In this document: positions 45,394-55,182 of the stretch, in pieces | Layout of the letters: the number at the start of each line of letters is the position of its first letter | Numbering within the stretch: position 1 is the stretch's first letter | Source of the DNA: a virus | Lineage: Duplodnaviria > Caudoviricetes | Virus record (IMG/VR): IMGVR_UViG_3300023115_000018 | Span: 1 to 64,000 of that record | Direction: 5' to 3' (one strand) | DNA length: 64,000 nt | The notes under the pieces: model-generated | Told to the model about the DNA's origin: nothing | Database searches by the model: none | What the model saw: the letters and a program-made list of their open reading frames with translations, nothing else | Position numbers and translations under genes: made by a program

Positions 45394-48300
45394 ATGACTA
45401 CTGCATTATCGACAGAGTTCCTTTCTGGTGGATTTTCTATTCAAAGAAACGAAATGGTATCTATGCAACAGCAGAAATACGCACAGAAGTTCGAATTTTT
45501 GAATAGTTTCAATCAGACATATACAAGGCTTTCAAAACCGGCCCAACACGAATTTGACAGAATCGCACCATATGCACTCTCTTCACAGAGAAGAGTATTT
45601 GTTGGTGGTACTGTTACAACTGTTACACGCCCATTAAAACAAACATATAGAAACGGAAATCTTCCTTCTGTTCTTGGTTCAATTCAATTAGATGCAAATG
45701 GTGCAATTCAATCTATCAACGTTCTTGATGGTGGTTTTGGTTATGCACCAAATACAACTTTTAATGTAAATATTAGAGGTGGTGAACCAACAAGTGGAAC
45801 ATTAACTCCTGCAGTTGTAACTGCAACTTCTGATAATTCTGGAAGAATTGTTTCAGTTGATATTATTTCTTCTGGTAACAATTATGATGCAGCCGCTTCT
45901 CAATCCTTAAGTGCAAAAATTGATGAAAGTCCAGATGAAGGACAATTCTACGTTTCGTTCTTTGAAGGTATCGGCGCACTTACTTCTGTAAACATTACCA
46001 GTGGGCAAACAGGACATAGACCAGGCGTCTATTATGTTGCCACAACAACTACAGATTCTGTTGCTGGTACTGGTGCAAAGTTCCAAGTATATGTTGACGC
46101 TGGTGGTACAGTAACAAAAGTTGTTCCTTTGGAGTTTGGTGAAACTTATTCAAATGGTGATACTATTACTATTCCAAATGCAGAACTTGGAAACGATGGT
46201 GGAAGTGATTTGGTAATCACTGTAGAAGCAGTGACAACATCAACCCAACTTGCATTTGATTATGGGACAGTAACATGGAGAAGTGAGTCTTTCCAAGTTG
46301 GTGATACAGTTCTTTTAGAATACTTCATCGATACTGACAAAGATCCTTCTGCAAGTGACGGTTTCTTAAGAACTCTTGCAAAAGATTTATGTTTGCACCC
46401 ATATGGTAACTACTATAGTTCTGCGTTTTCTAGTGTTCCTCAAAGATCTGCATCCCTTGTAATTAAGGGCGGTGCGGTTGATGGTGCAATAGTTGAACTT
46501 TATGACGATGCTGGAATAAAGTTTGGTGTTACTGACCAAGACGGGTTTACCGCTGCGGATGATGGAAAAAGAATTATCGAAGTAAACGGTTCTGGTACTG
46601 CAATTCTTAGAGTTACAGGTGATGGACATACATTAAATCCATATGTTACAACTCTTGAAATGACAAGTACAAACAATGAAGAAAGTAATCCATTTTCATA
46701 TGAAGATGCAACAGACGGTGAACCAATTACTGGTATGGTTGCAGGGGATAAAGCGTATGCGACTGGAAAGTGGAGACTCGCAATTCCTGTATCCGATTTC
46801 GAAGCACAACCATACAATATTATATATCCTTTTGTAGACTCTGATAGTAATACAGCAATTCCTGTTGGAAATAACGGACAACAGAACCACAGAAATGTGA
46901 TGTCATCGATTAAAAGAATTGGTGATATGTTTGTTGTTGAATCGGAAAAAGGTACAGACTTACTTTCATCCAAGAAAGAAATTAATAGTGCTACAGATGC
47001 GATTCCAACTTCAGTTTCATTGACTCAGCCAGTTAAAGATGCTCGTAAACCACAGAAGTGGAGAATGCGTTTCTTCTATGACACTAGAGATGAGTATCTT
47101 TATGTAAATGTTGCTACTGCATTGCAAATTAAAGATAACGGAGACCTTTCAAAAGGACAAGGTCGTGACGGTATCAAACAGGCAGTTTACAGACAGCCTG
47201 GAGAACTTAGTGAAATTTACTATAACTTCTCAAACGATAGTAACAAGGCGAAATCTGGATTCTTCCGTAGACAAGGTAAAACTACAGATGATACAGAACC
47301 AACATATCCAATCGCATTCCGTCTGACTTGTACAGACCACGGTACTGGACTTTTCGTATTCGACCAAGCCTCTGTTGACCAAGATGACGATTATGCGTGG
47401 TTTGTTGTTCAAAGACACGTTAATAACATTTCTGGTAAAATTGAATTCGAAGATGGTAAGTCTCCAGTTCACTGCTTGTATTCTCCATCTTCTAGACCAG
47501 AAGAAACATCAGATTTTAATATCGGTTTCTTTGCAGAGGTTAGTGAAGAGTTGGATACAACTACTGGTGCAACAACAGTCACATCTAAGTCATTGGATGA
47601 ATTGGAAATCTTTGATGTAAACGGTAGAAAACTGAAGCCGGGACTTCCAGTGAATGTAACAATTCCTACTGACTCAAGACCTGTTGCATTGATCCCAGAA
47701 GCATACGGTAGAGGACTTTCATATCTGAACACTTCTTCTACTGCAAACGTTCCACTTGCCGATCATGGTGCGTTAGGAACAGATTCCGCAACTGGATTTA
47801 CAGTTGTTAACGACTACTATAAATTCCCAGAGATTAATGCCGCAAACTTCCAAGCGGGCCCTACCGACCGTGGATTGGGTACTGCAGAACTTGCAGTTGT
47901 CCTAAGTAATATTACTTCCACAGACAGAGATGCATTTGCATTAAACTTTGGTTCTGCATATGGTAGTTCGTTCGTTCCAGTAGGTGACTATATTACTGGT
48001 TTTGAAAATGGTACTGGTGCAGGTTCAAGATATGATGTCGCAGATACTAATGGTGCTCCGTCTTCTTGGACATTAATTAATGATGCAACTGGTGAAGGTT
48101 TGAAAAACTATTCCGTTGCAAGAACACAAATGCAAGGCCCTGCTCAGTTAGGTTTGCGTACATACAGAGTTCGTCACAGAAGTTCTGATGGTGTTGACAC
48201 CTTCTTGGACTACAATGATGACTTCCAGTTTGTAAGTAAAACTGAAGTTGCGCCTGCGACTGATGCAAACGGACAGGCAAGAGAACTTCCAATCAGTTCA

Positions 48301-50103
48301 ACGGTTGCAATCTTTACGCCAACATCTGTTGCTGCAAAACAACTTGTTGCAAAGAGAAGACGCAGGGTTCTTTTCATCGACAACCTAGATATTGGTGCAA
48401 CAACTGGTACTGGTTCGAATCCTCTTCTTGGAACTGCAGGACAGTTTGCTGGTGCAGTGGGTGGTATTTCAGACTTAACACTAGTTCCTGTTAGTGGTTC
48501 TTCATTTGGTGGAAACGCAGTTGGACACAAACTTGCACTTGATGCTGCAGGTACTGCAATCCAAACTGGTGCAACTGGTGGTATTGGACAAGACTTTATT
48601 GTACTAGATGGAACTGGTTCTACTGGTGATGTAAAGGTTGGAGATGAACTTACAACCGCAACTGCACAAACTGCAGGATTTGGATTTAGAGTTCTTTCTG
48701 TCATTGATACTATGCCAGAAGATGACCAATTCATCTACGAGTATGCATGGGAAGGTGCTGGATTTAATAACGAGTATACCAACTTCTTTGGTAGATACGG
48801 TACTGCATCTAACCCACTCTTTGAAGTTAACAGACTTAAAGTATTTGTTGATGGACAAGAGGCAGATGCTGCGGTTCAAGGACAAAATTATCAATTCGAT
48901 GCGAATGGTAATATTGAATTTGGTACGACTGGTGGTTCTACAGAATACTTTGGTGTTCAAAAACCAATGTATGCATATTCATTGACAACAGATAAAGTTA
49001 AGTTTAATGAACCTCTAGAGTTTGCCACAGTTGTTAAGATTTCATATGAAAACTATAATGACGTAGAAGAAAGAGATACTGGTAGATCAACTTACTTGAT
49101 TAGACTTCCAGAAGACAGAGATATTCCTGCAATCTGGAACGATATTCACAAAGTTGCAAAAGGTATCTACAGATTTATTGTTCGTGAAAACGATGTGTTC
49201 AAACCATGGGATTATCATGTATCCGCTGTTACACCACAGGTTGACAGTCCTGCATGTATTAACCCTGTTGAACAGTTATCGATTACACAGGATAAAACTG
49301 TTATCTTTAACTTCCCAACACCACTTGCATCACAAAGATTTATCTATAGTGACGCAGAAGCAGACTTGATCTGTATTGCTGGTGCGGATAGTTCTACTCA
49401 GGGTGGTATCATTAAGACATCTGCAACTAAGTATGACCTTGACGGACAACATGTTAGTACATTAAGTCCACAGGGTGGTACTACATCTACATCTTCTAAT
49501 GCTGACCCACTCAACTTCAGAAGAGAGTATTTCTGGCACAATGTGAAACAATCAGATGGAACAACTGATGCATTTGACACAACAGAAAACTCAACACACA
49601 GAACTTATGTGGGTATGATGTCTACTAAACCATTTGGTAACGGTATGAGAATCTTCCTCTTGACAAGAGGTGGTCCAATCAGACCATCATATAGTGACTA
49701 CACACCAAGAGATGTAAGAGGAATTTCGGATAACTTCCCAACAGGTGCCACTAATGGTGCTATTGAAACTCTTGGAGGAGTAGACTATACATTCGATGAT
49801 GGTGATCGCTCAGGTGATTTGGTAACTACGGATGATGTCACAATCAATGTTGGTACAACTACAATCACTGGTGTTGCTGTTGATAGTATCTCTGCTGATA
49901 TTTTAGTAGGTGCTACTGCAACGGCGACTTTGGTAGATACTTCTACAGTTACTCTTACAGTGACTGAAGTTTCTTCTACTGCTGGTTCTATTACTGTCAG
50001 AAGTAGTGGTTCTTCCGCAGGAACACTCGCTGCAGGATCGCTCACATTCACTAAGAATGTTGGTTCCTCTTGGAATGGGAATTATGTAAACTTTGGTGCA
50101 TAA
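45394..50103 (+). CDS. Putative virion structural protein, paralogue family member 3
   Basis: Same conserved blocks, different inserts, ~125-aa C-terminal Thr/Ser-rich extension. Confidence 0.7.
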   Translation: MTTALSTEFLSGGFSIQRNEMVSMQQQKYAQKFEFLNSFNQTYTRLSKPAQHEFDRIAPYALSSQRRVFVGGTVTTVTRPLKQTYRNGNLPSVLGSIQLDANGAIQSINVLDGGFGYAPNTTFNVNIRGGEPTSGTLTPAVVTATSDNSGRIVSVDIISSGNNYDAAASQSLSAKIDESPDEGQFYVSFFEGIGALTSVNITSGQTGHRPGVYYVATTTTDSVAGTGAKFQVYVDAGGTVTKVVPLEFGETYSNGDTITIPNAELGNDGGSDLVITVEAVTTSTQLAFDYGTVTWRSESFQVGDTVLLEYFIDTDKDPSASDGFLRTLAKDLCLHPYGNYYSSAFSSVPQRSASLVIKGGAVDGAIVELYDDAGIKFGVTDQDGFTAADDGKRIIEVNGSGTAILRVTGDGHTLNPYVTTLEMTSTNNEESNPFSYEDATDGEPITGMVAGDKAYATGKWRLAIPVSDFEAQPYNIIYPFVDSDSNTAIPVGNNGQQNHRNVMSSIKRIGDMFVVESEKGTDLLSSKKEINSATDAIPTSVSLTQPVKDARKPQKWRMRFFYDTRDEYLYVNVATALQIKDNGDLSKGQGRDGIKQAVYRQPGELSEIYYNFSNDSNKAKSGFFRRQGKTTDDTEPTYPIAFRLTCTDHGTGLFVFDQASVDQDDDYAWFVVQRHVNNISGKIEFEDGKSPVHCLYSPSSRPEETSDFNIGFFAEVSEELDTTTGATTVTSKSLDELEIFDVNGRKLKPGLPVNVTIPTDSRPVALIPEAYGRGLSYLNTSSTANVPLADHGALGTDSATGFTVVNDYYKFPEINAANFQAGPTDRGLGTAELAVVLSNITSTDRDAFALNFGSAYGSSFVPVGDYITGFENGTGAGSRYDVADTNGAPSSWTLINDATGEGLKNYSVARTQMQGPAQLGLRTYRVRHRSSDGVDTFLDYNDDFQFVSKTEVAPATDANGQARELPISSTVAIFTPTSVAAKQLVAKRRRRVLFIDNLDIGATTGTGSNPLLGTAGQFAGAVGGISDLTLVPVSGSSFGGNAVGHKLALDAAGTAIQTGATGGIGQDFIVLDGTGSTGDVKVGDELTTATAQTAGFGFRVLSVIDTMPEDDQFIYEYAWEGAGFNNEYTNFFGRYGTASNPLFEVNRLKVFVDGQEADAAVQGQNYQFDANGNIEFGTTGGSTEYFGVQKPMYAYSLTTDKVKFNEPLEFATVVKISYENYNDVEERDTGRSTYLIRLPEDRDIPAIWNDIHKVAKGIYRFIVRENDVFKPWDYHVSAVTPQVDSPACINPVEQLSITQDKTVIFNFPTPLASQRFIYSDAEADLICIAGADSSTQGGIIKTSATKYDLDGQHVSTLSPQGGTTSTSSNADPLNFRREYFWHNVKQSDGTTDAFDTTENSTHRTYVGMMSTKPFGNGMRIFLLTRGGPIRPSYSDYTPRDVRGISDNFPTGATNGAIETLGGVDYTFDDGDRSGDLVTTDDVTINVGTTTITGVAVDSISADILVGATATATLVDTSTVTLTVTEVSSTAGSITVRSSGSSAGTLAAGSLTFTKNVGSSWNGNYVNFGA

Positions 50104-50135
50104 TTTATAAACATTGATAAAATTATCATAAATAT

Positions 50136-50164
50136 AGGGGAGACATAAAGTCTCCCCTTTTTTT
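50136..50164 (+). terminator. Rho-independent terminator
   Basis: AGGGGAGAC-ATAAA-GTCTCCCCT perfect 9-bp stem then a T run. Confidence 0.9.
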
Positions 50165-50177
50165 ATACCAAAGAAAA

Positions 50178-53100
50178 ATGTCAGTAGAAAATATATTTTT
50201 ATTTAACGATGTAGTAAAAGTCAAAGTTGGAATTGATTCTCCAGTTGGAATTGATGCCCCATCTGATGGCCAAGTTGTTGAGCAAAATGGACTTACATAT
50301 ACTTACGATGCGGCGGCCGCCTCTTGGGATATTACCGTATTATCAAATATAGTATTTGTTTCTGGTCTTGCATCTTCCATAACACTATCATTTTCTGTTG
50401 GAGATATTCTTGTTAATGGAGCTAGTCAAGGCACAAGCGCAACAATATCTAATAATGATGTAGTACAACTATCATTAGAAAACCCAACTCTAAATCAATC
50501 CAATACATATAGTGTTGTTGCAGATGGCACAACAATAGATTATATTGTCGAATTAAATGATCCAGAGGTTGCGAATTTTGATGCAGATAGATCAACCTCC
50601 TCAACTAATGATGACCTTGAAAAGATTGATACGACATCTCCTACATCAACTGATTCTGATGTAACTATATTTCAAAGTATTATAAACCAATTAAATGCTG
50701 GTGATGTAGATTTTGAAAGTGTAAAAGAAGAACTATCTACACTTATTCAAGAAAATTTTTCAGAAGTGTATCAAGAGGCCCTTGGCGATTTAGAGGTTCT
50801 ACTTGCCCAAGAATTCGAAGAATTTAGAGATACAATTTTAACTTCTGAAACTGAGATTGTAGAAACAACAGTCCAAGAGAGTGCGGAGATTACAGAGGTT
50901 ATTACCGCAAAGGATGCGGAGATTGATAGTGTTTTAGAAACACAAGAATCTCAAGATTATACGCAAGAATTGGTTCAAGAAACTTTAGAGACTTCTGAAC
51001 AAGAAACCTTTGTAGAAGATGAGGTTTTAGAAACTTCTGAACAAGAAACCTTTGTAGAAGATGAGGTTTTAGAAACTTCTGAACAAGAATTACTAGCAGT
51101 CACTGATTCTCCAGAAATATCAGATCAAGAATTGTTGGCGGTTACTGATTCTCCAGAAACTTCTGAACAAGAAACCTTTGTAGAAGATGAGGTTTTAGAA
51201 ACTTCTGAACAAGAATTACTAGCAGTCACTGATTCTCCAGAAACATCGACACCAGATACATTTACAGAAGATGAATCAATTGAAGTATCAGATCAAGAAT
51301 TACTAGCAGTCACTGATTCTCCAGAAACATCGACACCAGATACATTTACGGAAGATGAAGTTTTAGAAACTTCTGAACAAGAATTACTAGCAGTCACTGA
51401 TTCTCCAGAAACATCGACACCAGATACATTTACGGAAGATGAAGTTTCTGAAACTTCTGAACAAGAATTACTAGCAGTCACTGATTCTCCAGAAACATCG
51501 ACACCAGATACATTTACGGAAGACGATGTAGTTGAAACATCGACACCAGATATATTTGCAGAAGATGAAGTAGTTGAAGCATCTACACCAGATACATTTA
51601 CAGAAGATGAAGTAATTGAAGTATCAGATCAAGAATTATTATCAGTTACTGATTCACCAGAAACATCTACACCAGATACATTTTCTGAAACTATTCAGTT
51701 GGCTCTTTTAGATCAGGTTAAAGCAGAATTAATAGACAATGAAGAATTAAAACTATCAGACCTCTTTTCTGATTTAGAAAATATTTTAACAAATCAATTA
51801 GAATCTTTTGCCGAAGAAATAACCCCAGATTTTCTACTTCAAGTATTATCGGAATTGAGTGATTCTGAAGAATTAAAAACTGCAGATATTCAAAACTTAG
51901 AAGATATTCAGAGCCTTTTAAATCCAGATATTTTATTAGATTTGGAAAATGTTCAATTAGAAGATATAACCACTGAATTAGTCAGAGAAAGTCTTTCTAC
52001 GGTATTTCAAGAATTCCTAGAAGAAACTTTAAATGAAACATTCATTTTACCAGAAACGGATGAAACTACTGAAACTTTATCAACATTAGATCAGGTAAAA
52101 GAAGAAACCGTTGATGTAATAGAAACTACTGCGTTTGATAGTTCAGAAGAACAAGATGTGGTAGAGGAAGTTGCCGCAGAAGTTGATACTACAGTAGAAA
52201 CAACTGAAGGTGTTGAACAAGAAAGAACAGAAGAGTCTCCAGAAGAACAACAACTGGAAGAAAAGTTGGATGCTGCCAGTGAAACTGTAGATTCTCAGGA
52301 TACCACTTCAGACGAACAAATTCCTGTTGGAAGTGATGGAGAAGTTGTTGAAGAAGATAGTGGAGATTCTACAACTTCTGATGCAACTGTAGACGATGAA
52401 GTTTCAGAAACTTCAACCGATGATTCTGTTGTAGATGATGACACAGATGTTACGGAGTCTCCAGATACAACTGTAGATGATGAAGTTGTAGAAACTTCAA
52501 CTGATGATACAACTGTAGATGATGATACAGACATTTCTTCTTCTCCAGATGCAGCTGTAGATGATGATACGGACGCCACGGAGTCGCCAGATGCAACTGT
52601 AGATGATGATACGGACGCCACGGAGTCGCCAGATGCAACTGTAGATGATGATACAGACACTTCTCCTTCTCCAGATACAACTGTAGATGACGATACGGAT
52701 GTTACACCTTCACCATCTTTAGATGAGGAAGACGAGGCTTCAGAAACTGTGTCTGATGGAAATGTAGTTTCTGATTCTGAACTTGAAGGTGGAACCGACA
52801 CTGAAATTCCAGAAGATGCAACAGAAGATAGTACAACTCCTAGTGAAGTACCAGAAGAAGATCCAAGCACGACAGAAACACCAGATTCTGAGGTCGAGGA
52901 TGAAGTACAACCAGTTTCAGACGATGCAAGTGATGTTACGGATGAACAGACAGTAACTGAAACAGAAACAGATACACCAGTTGATGAATCTGGAGATACC
53001 GAATCCGATTCTGATACATCAGTAGATCAACAAATAGAATCTGGTACAGATACTGATACACCAGTTGATGAATCTGGAGATACCGAATCCGATTCTGATA

Positions 53101-55169
53101 CATCAGTAGATCAACAAGAAACTAATAATGTTGGCGATGATGAGTTGGACGATGATAGTGAAGGAACTTCTAGTGCAGATGAACCCTCTGATGATGACTC
53201 AACAACTTCTGTTACCGATGATACTGCGTCCGAAGATGACTCAACAACTTCTGTTACTGATGATGCCGAGACAGAAGATGATGGAACAACAACGGTAGTA
53301 GATACTGAAACTTCAGATGATGACTCAACAACTTCTGTTACTGATGACACCGATGTAGAAGATGACCCAACAACATCTGTTACCGATGATACTGCATCTG
53401 AAGATGACTCAACAACTTCTGTTACCGATGATAATCAAACTACTGATGAGCTAAATGAACCAGTCATTGATTCGGAAGAACCGAATGATGAAAATGATGG
53501 TATAGAGGTTGATGTCGATGATCGTGATGATGAAAACCAACCGCCCGTATCAGATATAGATGAAACTACGGATGATACCACTTCAGTAGAAACAGAAACA
53601 GATACAACAGAAGATGATACTACTTCAGCAGAACCATCTGTAGATGAAACAGAAGATGATACTACTTCAGCAGAACCATCTGTAGATGAAACAGAAGATG
53701 ACACAACTTCAACAGAATCATCTGTAGATGAAACAGAAGATGAAACTGATACTACCGAAGATGGTACAGATGTAACTACAGATGAATCTGGGCAACCAAC
53801 CTCAGAAGATGATACAGTTGACGATCAGACAGATACTACTGAAGATGGTACTGACGAAACTACAGATCAACCAAGTGACCCTAGTGGTGAAGGCGATACC
53901 GTTAGTGATGAAACAGATACTACTGAAGATGGTACAGACGAAACTACAGATCAACCAAGTGACCCTAAAGGTGAAGATGATACGGTTAGTGACGAAACAG
54001 ATACTACCGAAGATGGTACAGATGTAACTACAGATGAATCTGGAGACCCGACAAGTGAAGATGATGCTGTAGAAGATACTGATGCTGGAGTTGGTGGAGA
54101 ACAGGATGTAGTAGATGATGCAACAGATACATCTACATCAGATGATGAAACCGTTGGTGACGATACGGACACAACAGAATCATCTGGGGATGACACTGTA
54201 GATGATACCGATTCAGTTCCCTCTACTGATGAAGACGGTGTTGACGATACCGATTCAGTTCCCTCTACTGATGAAGACGGTGTTGACGATACCGATTCAG
54301 TTCCCTCTACTGATGAGGATGGAGAGGATGACACAACTCCACCAGTTACAGATGGAAATGATACAGATAACGAAGAAGTTCCTACTGGTTCGGATGATGA
54401 AGTCCCAGAAGATCAGCCTGGGGTGCCGCCTGGCGAAGAAGATGATTTTGAAACAGACCCATCAGTAAGAGTTTCCGATGGAGAAGGACAAACTGACCAA
54501 GATGGCGCCGATGAAACATTAGATGATACACAAGAGGATGATACAACACCGGCGGTAGATGATGAAGATACTACTGAAGATGTTTCTGAGCCATCCATAA
54601 CAGACACTGATGATACGGAAGACGTTTCTGATCCACCTGTTACTGATGAAGATACTACTGAAGATGTTTCTGAACCACCAGTAACAGATACTGATGATAC
54701 AGAAGACGTTTCTGAACCGCCAGTAACAGATACAGATGAAAATCCAGATGTTTCGCAACCACCTGTTAGTGATGAAGATGATACTCCAGATGTTTCTGAA
54801 CCACCAGTTATTCCAGATGAAGAAACTGATGATGATGGACAACCACCAGTTATTCCAGATGAAGAAACTGATGATGATTCACAACCACCAGTCATTCCAA
54901 GTGAAGAGCCTGACGATGATTCACAACCACCAGTCATTCCAAGTGAAGAGCCTGACGATGATCCACCAGTTCCGCCTACAAACGATGAAGAAATTGATGA
55001 AGACGCACCAAACAATCCACCCAGTCAGGATGATGGAACAAGGGAACTTGGTACAATCGTAATGAGAGATGGTGAGATAAAATTATATGTCTTAACGCCT
55101 GTCTTATCAGCAAATAAATATATTGGCCCATTTGTTGATAGAGAATTGGGCAACAGATTTTTTAGTTGA
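50178..55169 (+). CDS. Hyper-acidic Asp/Glu/Thr/Ser-rich repeat protein, function unknown
   Basis: 1663-aa uninterrupted ORF; globular-looking N-terminus, then long 14-aa-periodic acidic arrays almost devoid of K/R. Confidence 0.8.
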   Translation: MSVENIFLFNDVVKVKVGIDSPVGIDAPSDGQVVEQNGLTYTYDAAAASWDITVLSNIVFVSGLASSITLSFSVGDILVNGASQGTSATISNNDVVQLSLENPTLNQSNTYSVVADGTTIDYIVELNDPEVANFDADRSTSSTNDDLEKIDTTSPTSTDSDVTIFQSIINQLNAGDVDFESVKEELSTLIQENFSEVYQEALGDLEVLLAQEFEEFRDTILTSETEIVETTVQESAEITEVITAKDAEIDSVLETQESQDYTQELVQETLETSEQETFVEDEVLETSEQETFVEDEVLETSEQELLAVTDSPEISDQELLAVTDSPETSEQETFVEDEVLETSEQELLAVTDSPETSTPDTFTEDESIEVSDQELLAVTDSPETSTPDTFTEDEVLETSEQELLAVTDSPETSTPDTFTEDEVSETSEQELLAVTDSPETSTPDTFTEDDVVETSTPDIFAEDEVVEASTPDTFTEDEVIEVSDQELLSVTDSPETSTPDTFSETIQLALLDQVKAELIDNEELKLSDLFSDLENILTNQLESFAEEITPDFLLQVLSELSDSEELKTADIQNLEDIQSLLNPDILLDLENVQLEDITTELVRESLSTVFQEFLEETLNETFILPETDETTETLSTLDQVKEETVDVIETTAFDSSEEQDVVEEVAAEVDTTVETTEGVEQERTEESPEEQQLEEKLDAASETVDSQDTTSDEQIPVGSDGEVVEEDSGDSTTSDATVDDEVSETSTDDSVVDDDTDVTESPDTTVDDEVVETSTDDTTVDDDTDISSSPDAAVDDDTDATESPDATVDDDTDATESPDATVDDDTDTSPSPDTTVDDDTDVTPSPSLDEEDEASETVSDGNVVSDSELEGGTDTEIPEDATEDSTTPSEVPEEDPSTTETPDSEVEDEVQPVSDDASDVTDEQTVTETETDTPVDESGDTESDSDTSVDQQIESGTDTDTPVDESGDTESDSDTSVDQQETNNVGDDELDDDSEGTSSADEPSDDDSTTSVTDDTASEDDSTTSVTDDAETEDDGTTTVVDTETSDDDSTTSVTDDTDVEDDPTTSVTDDTASEDDSTTSVTDDNQTTDELNEPVIDSEEPNDENDGIEVDVDDRDDENQPPVSDIDETTDDTTSVETETDTTEDDTTSAEPSVDETEDDTTSAEPSVDETEDDTTSTESSVDETEDETDTTEDGTDVTTDESGQPTSEDDTVDDQTDTTEDGTDETTDQPSDPSGEGDTVSDETDTTEDGTDETTDQPSDPKGEDDTVSDETDTTEDGTDVTTDESGDPTSEDDAVEDTDAGVGGEQDVVDDATDTSTSDDETVGDDTDTTESSGDDTVDDTDSVPSTDEDGVDDTDSVPSTDEDGVDDTDSVPSTDEDGEDDTTPPVTDGNDTDNEEVPTGSDDEVPEDQPGVPPGEEDDFETDPSVRVSDGEGQTDQDGADETLDDTQEDDTTPAVDDEDTTEDVSEPSITDTDDTEDVSDPPVTDEDTTEDVSEPPVTDTDDTEDVSEPPVTDTDENPDVSQPPVSDEDDTPDVSEPPVIPDEETDDDGQPPVIPDEETDDDSQPPVIPSEEPDDDSQPPVIPSEEPDDDPPVPPTNDEEIDEDAPNNPPSQDDGTRELGTIVMRDGEIKLYVLTPVLSANKYIGPFVDRELGNRFFS
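50985..51685 (+). repeat. 42-bp-unit coding repeat array (ETSEQETFVEDEVL / ETSEQELLAVTDSP / ETSTPDTFTEDEVL)
   Basis: About 16 shuffled 14-aa units, many identical at DNA level; ends approximate. Confidence 0.88.
52375..54975 (+). repeat. 42/84-bp-unit degenerate coding repeat array
   Basis: Successive 14-aa families: ESPDATVDDDTDAT, DDSTTSVTDDTASE, EDDTTSAEPSVDET, DDTDSVPSTDEDGV, EDVSEPPVTDTDDT, DDSQPPVIPSEEPD, plus 28-aa doublets; ends approximate. Confidence 0.85.
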
Positions 55170-55182
55170 TGGATAGTTAAGA

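Noticed and set aside
38960-50103. Paralogous blocks as template/variable repeats of a diversity-generating retroelement
   Set aside because: Differences are not adenine-specific, similarity is mostly at protein level, and no reverse transcriptase is in the window.
50985-54975. 42-bp periodic repeats as a possible CRISPR array
   Set aside because: Units are contiguous, in-frame and coding with no constant-repeat/unique-spacer alternation; no cas genes in the window.
51293-55015. Several Ser-rich minus-strand ORFs of 62-200 aa
   Set aside because: Shadows of the GAT/GAA-rich acidic repeat gene, whose codon bias leaves the register-matched antisense frame nearly free of stops.
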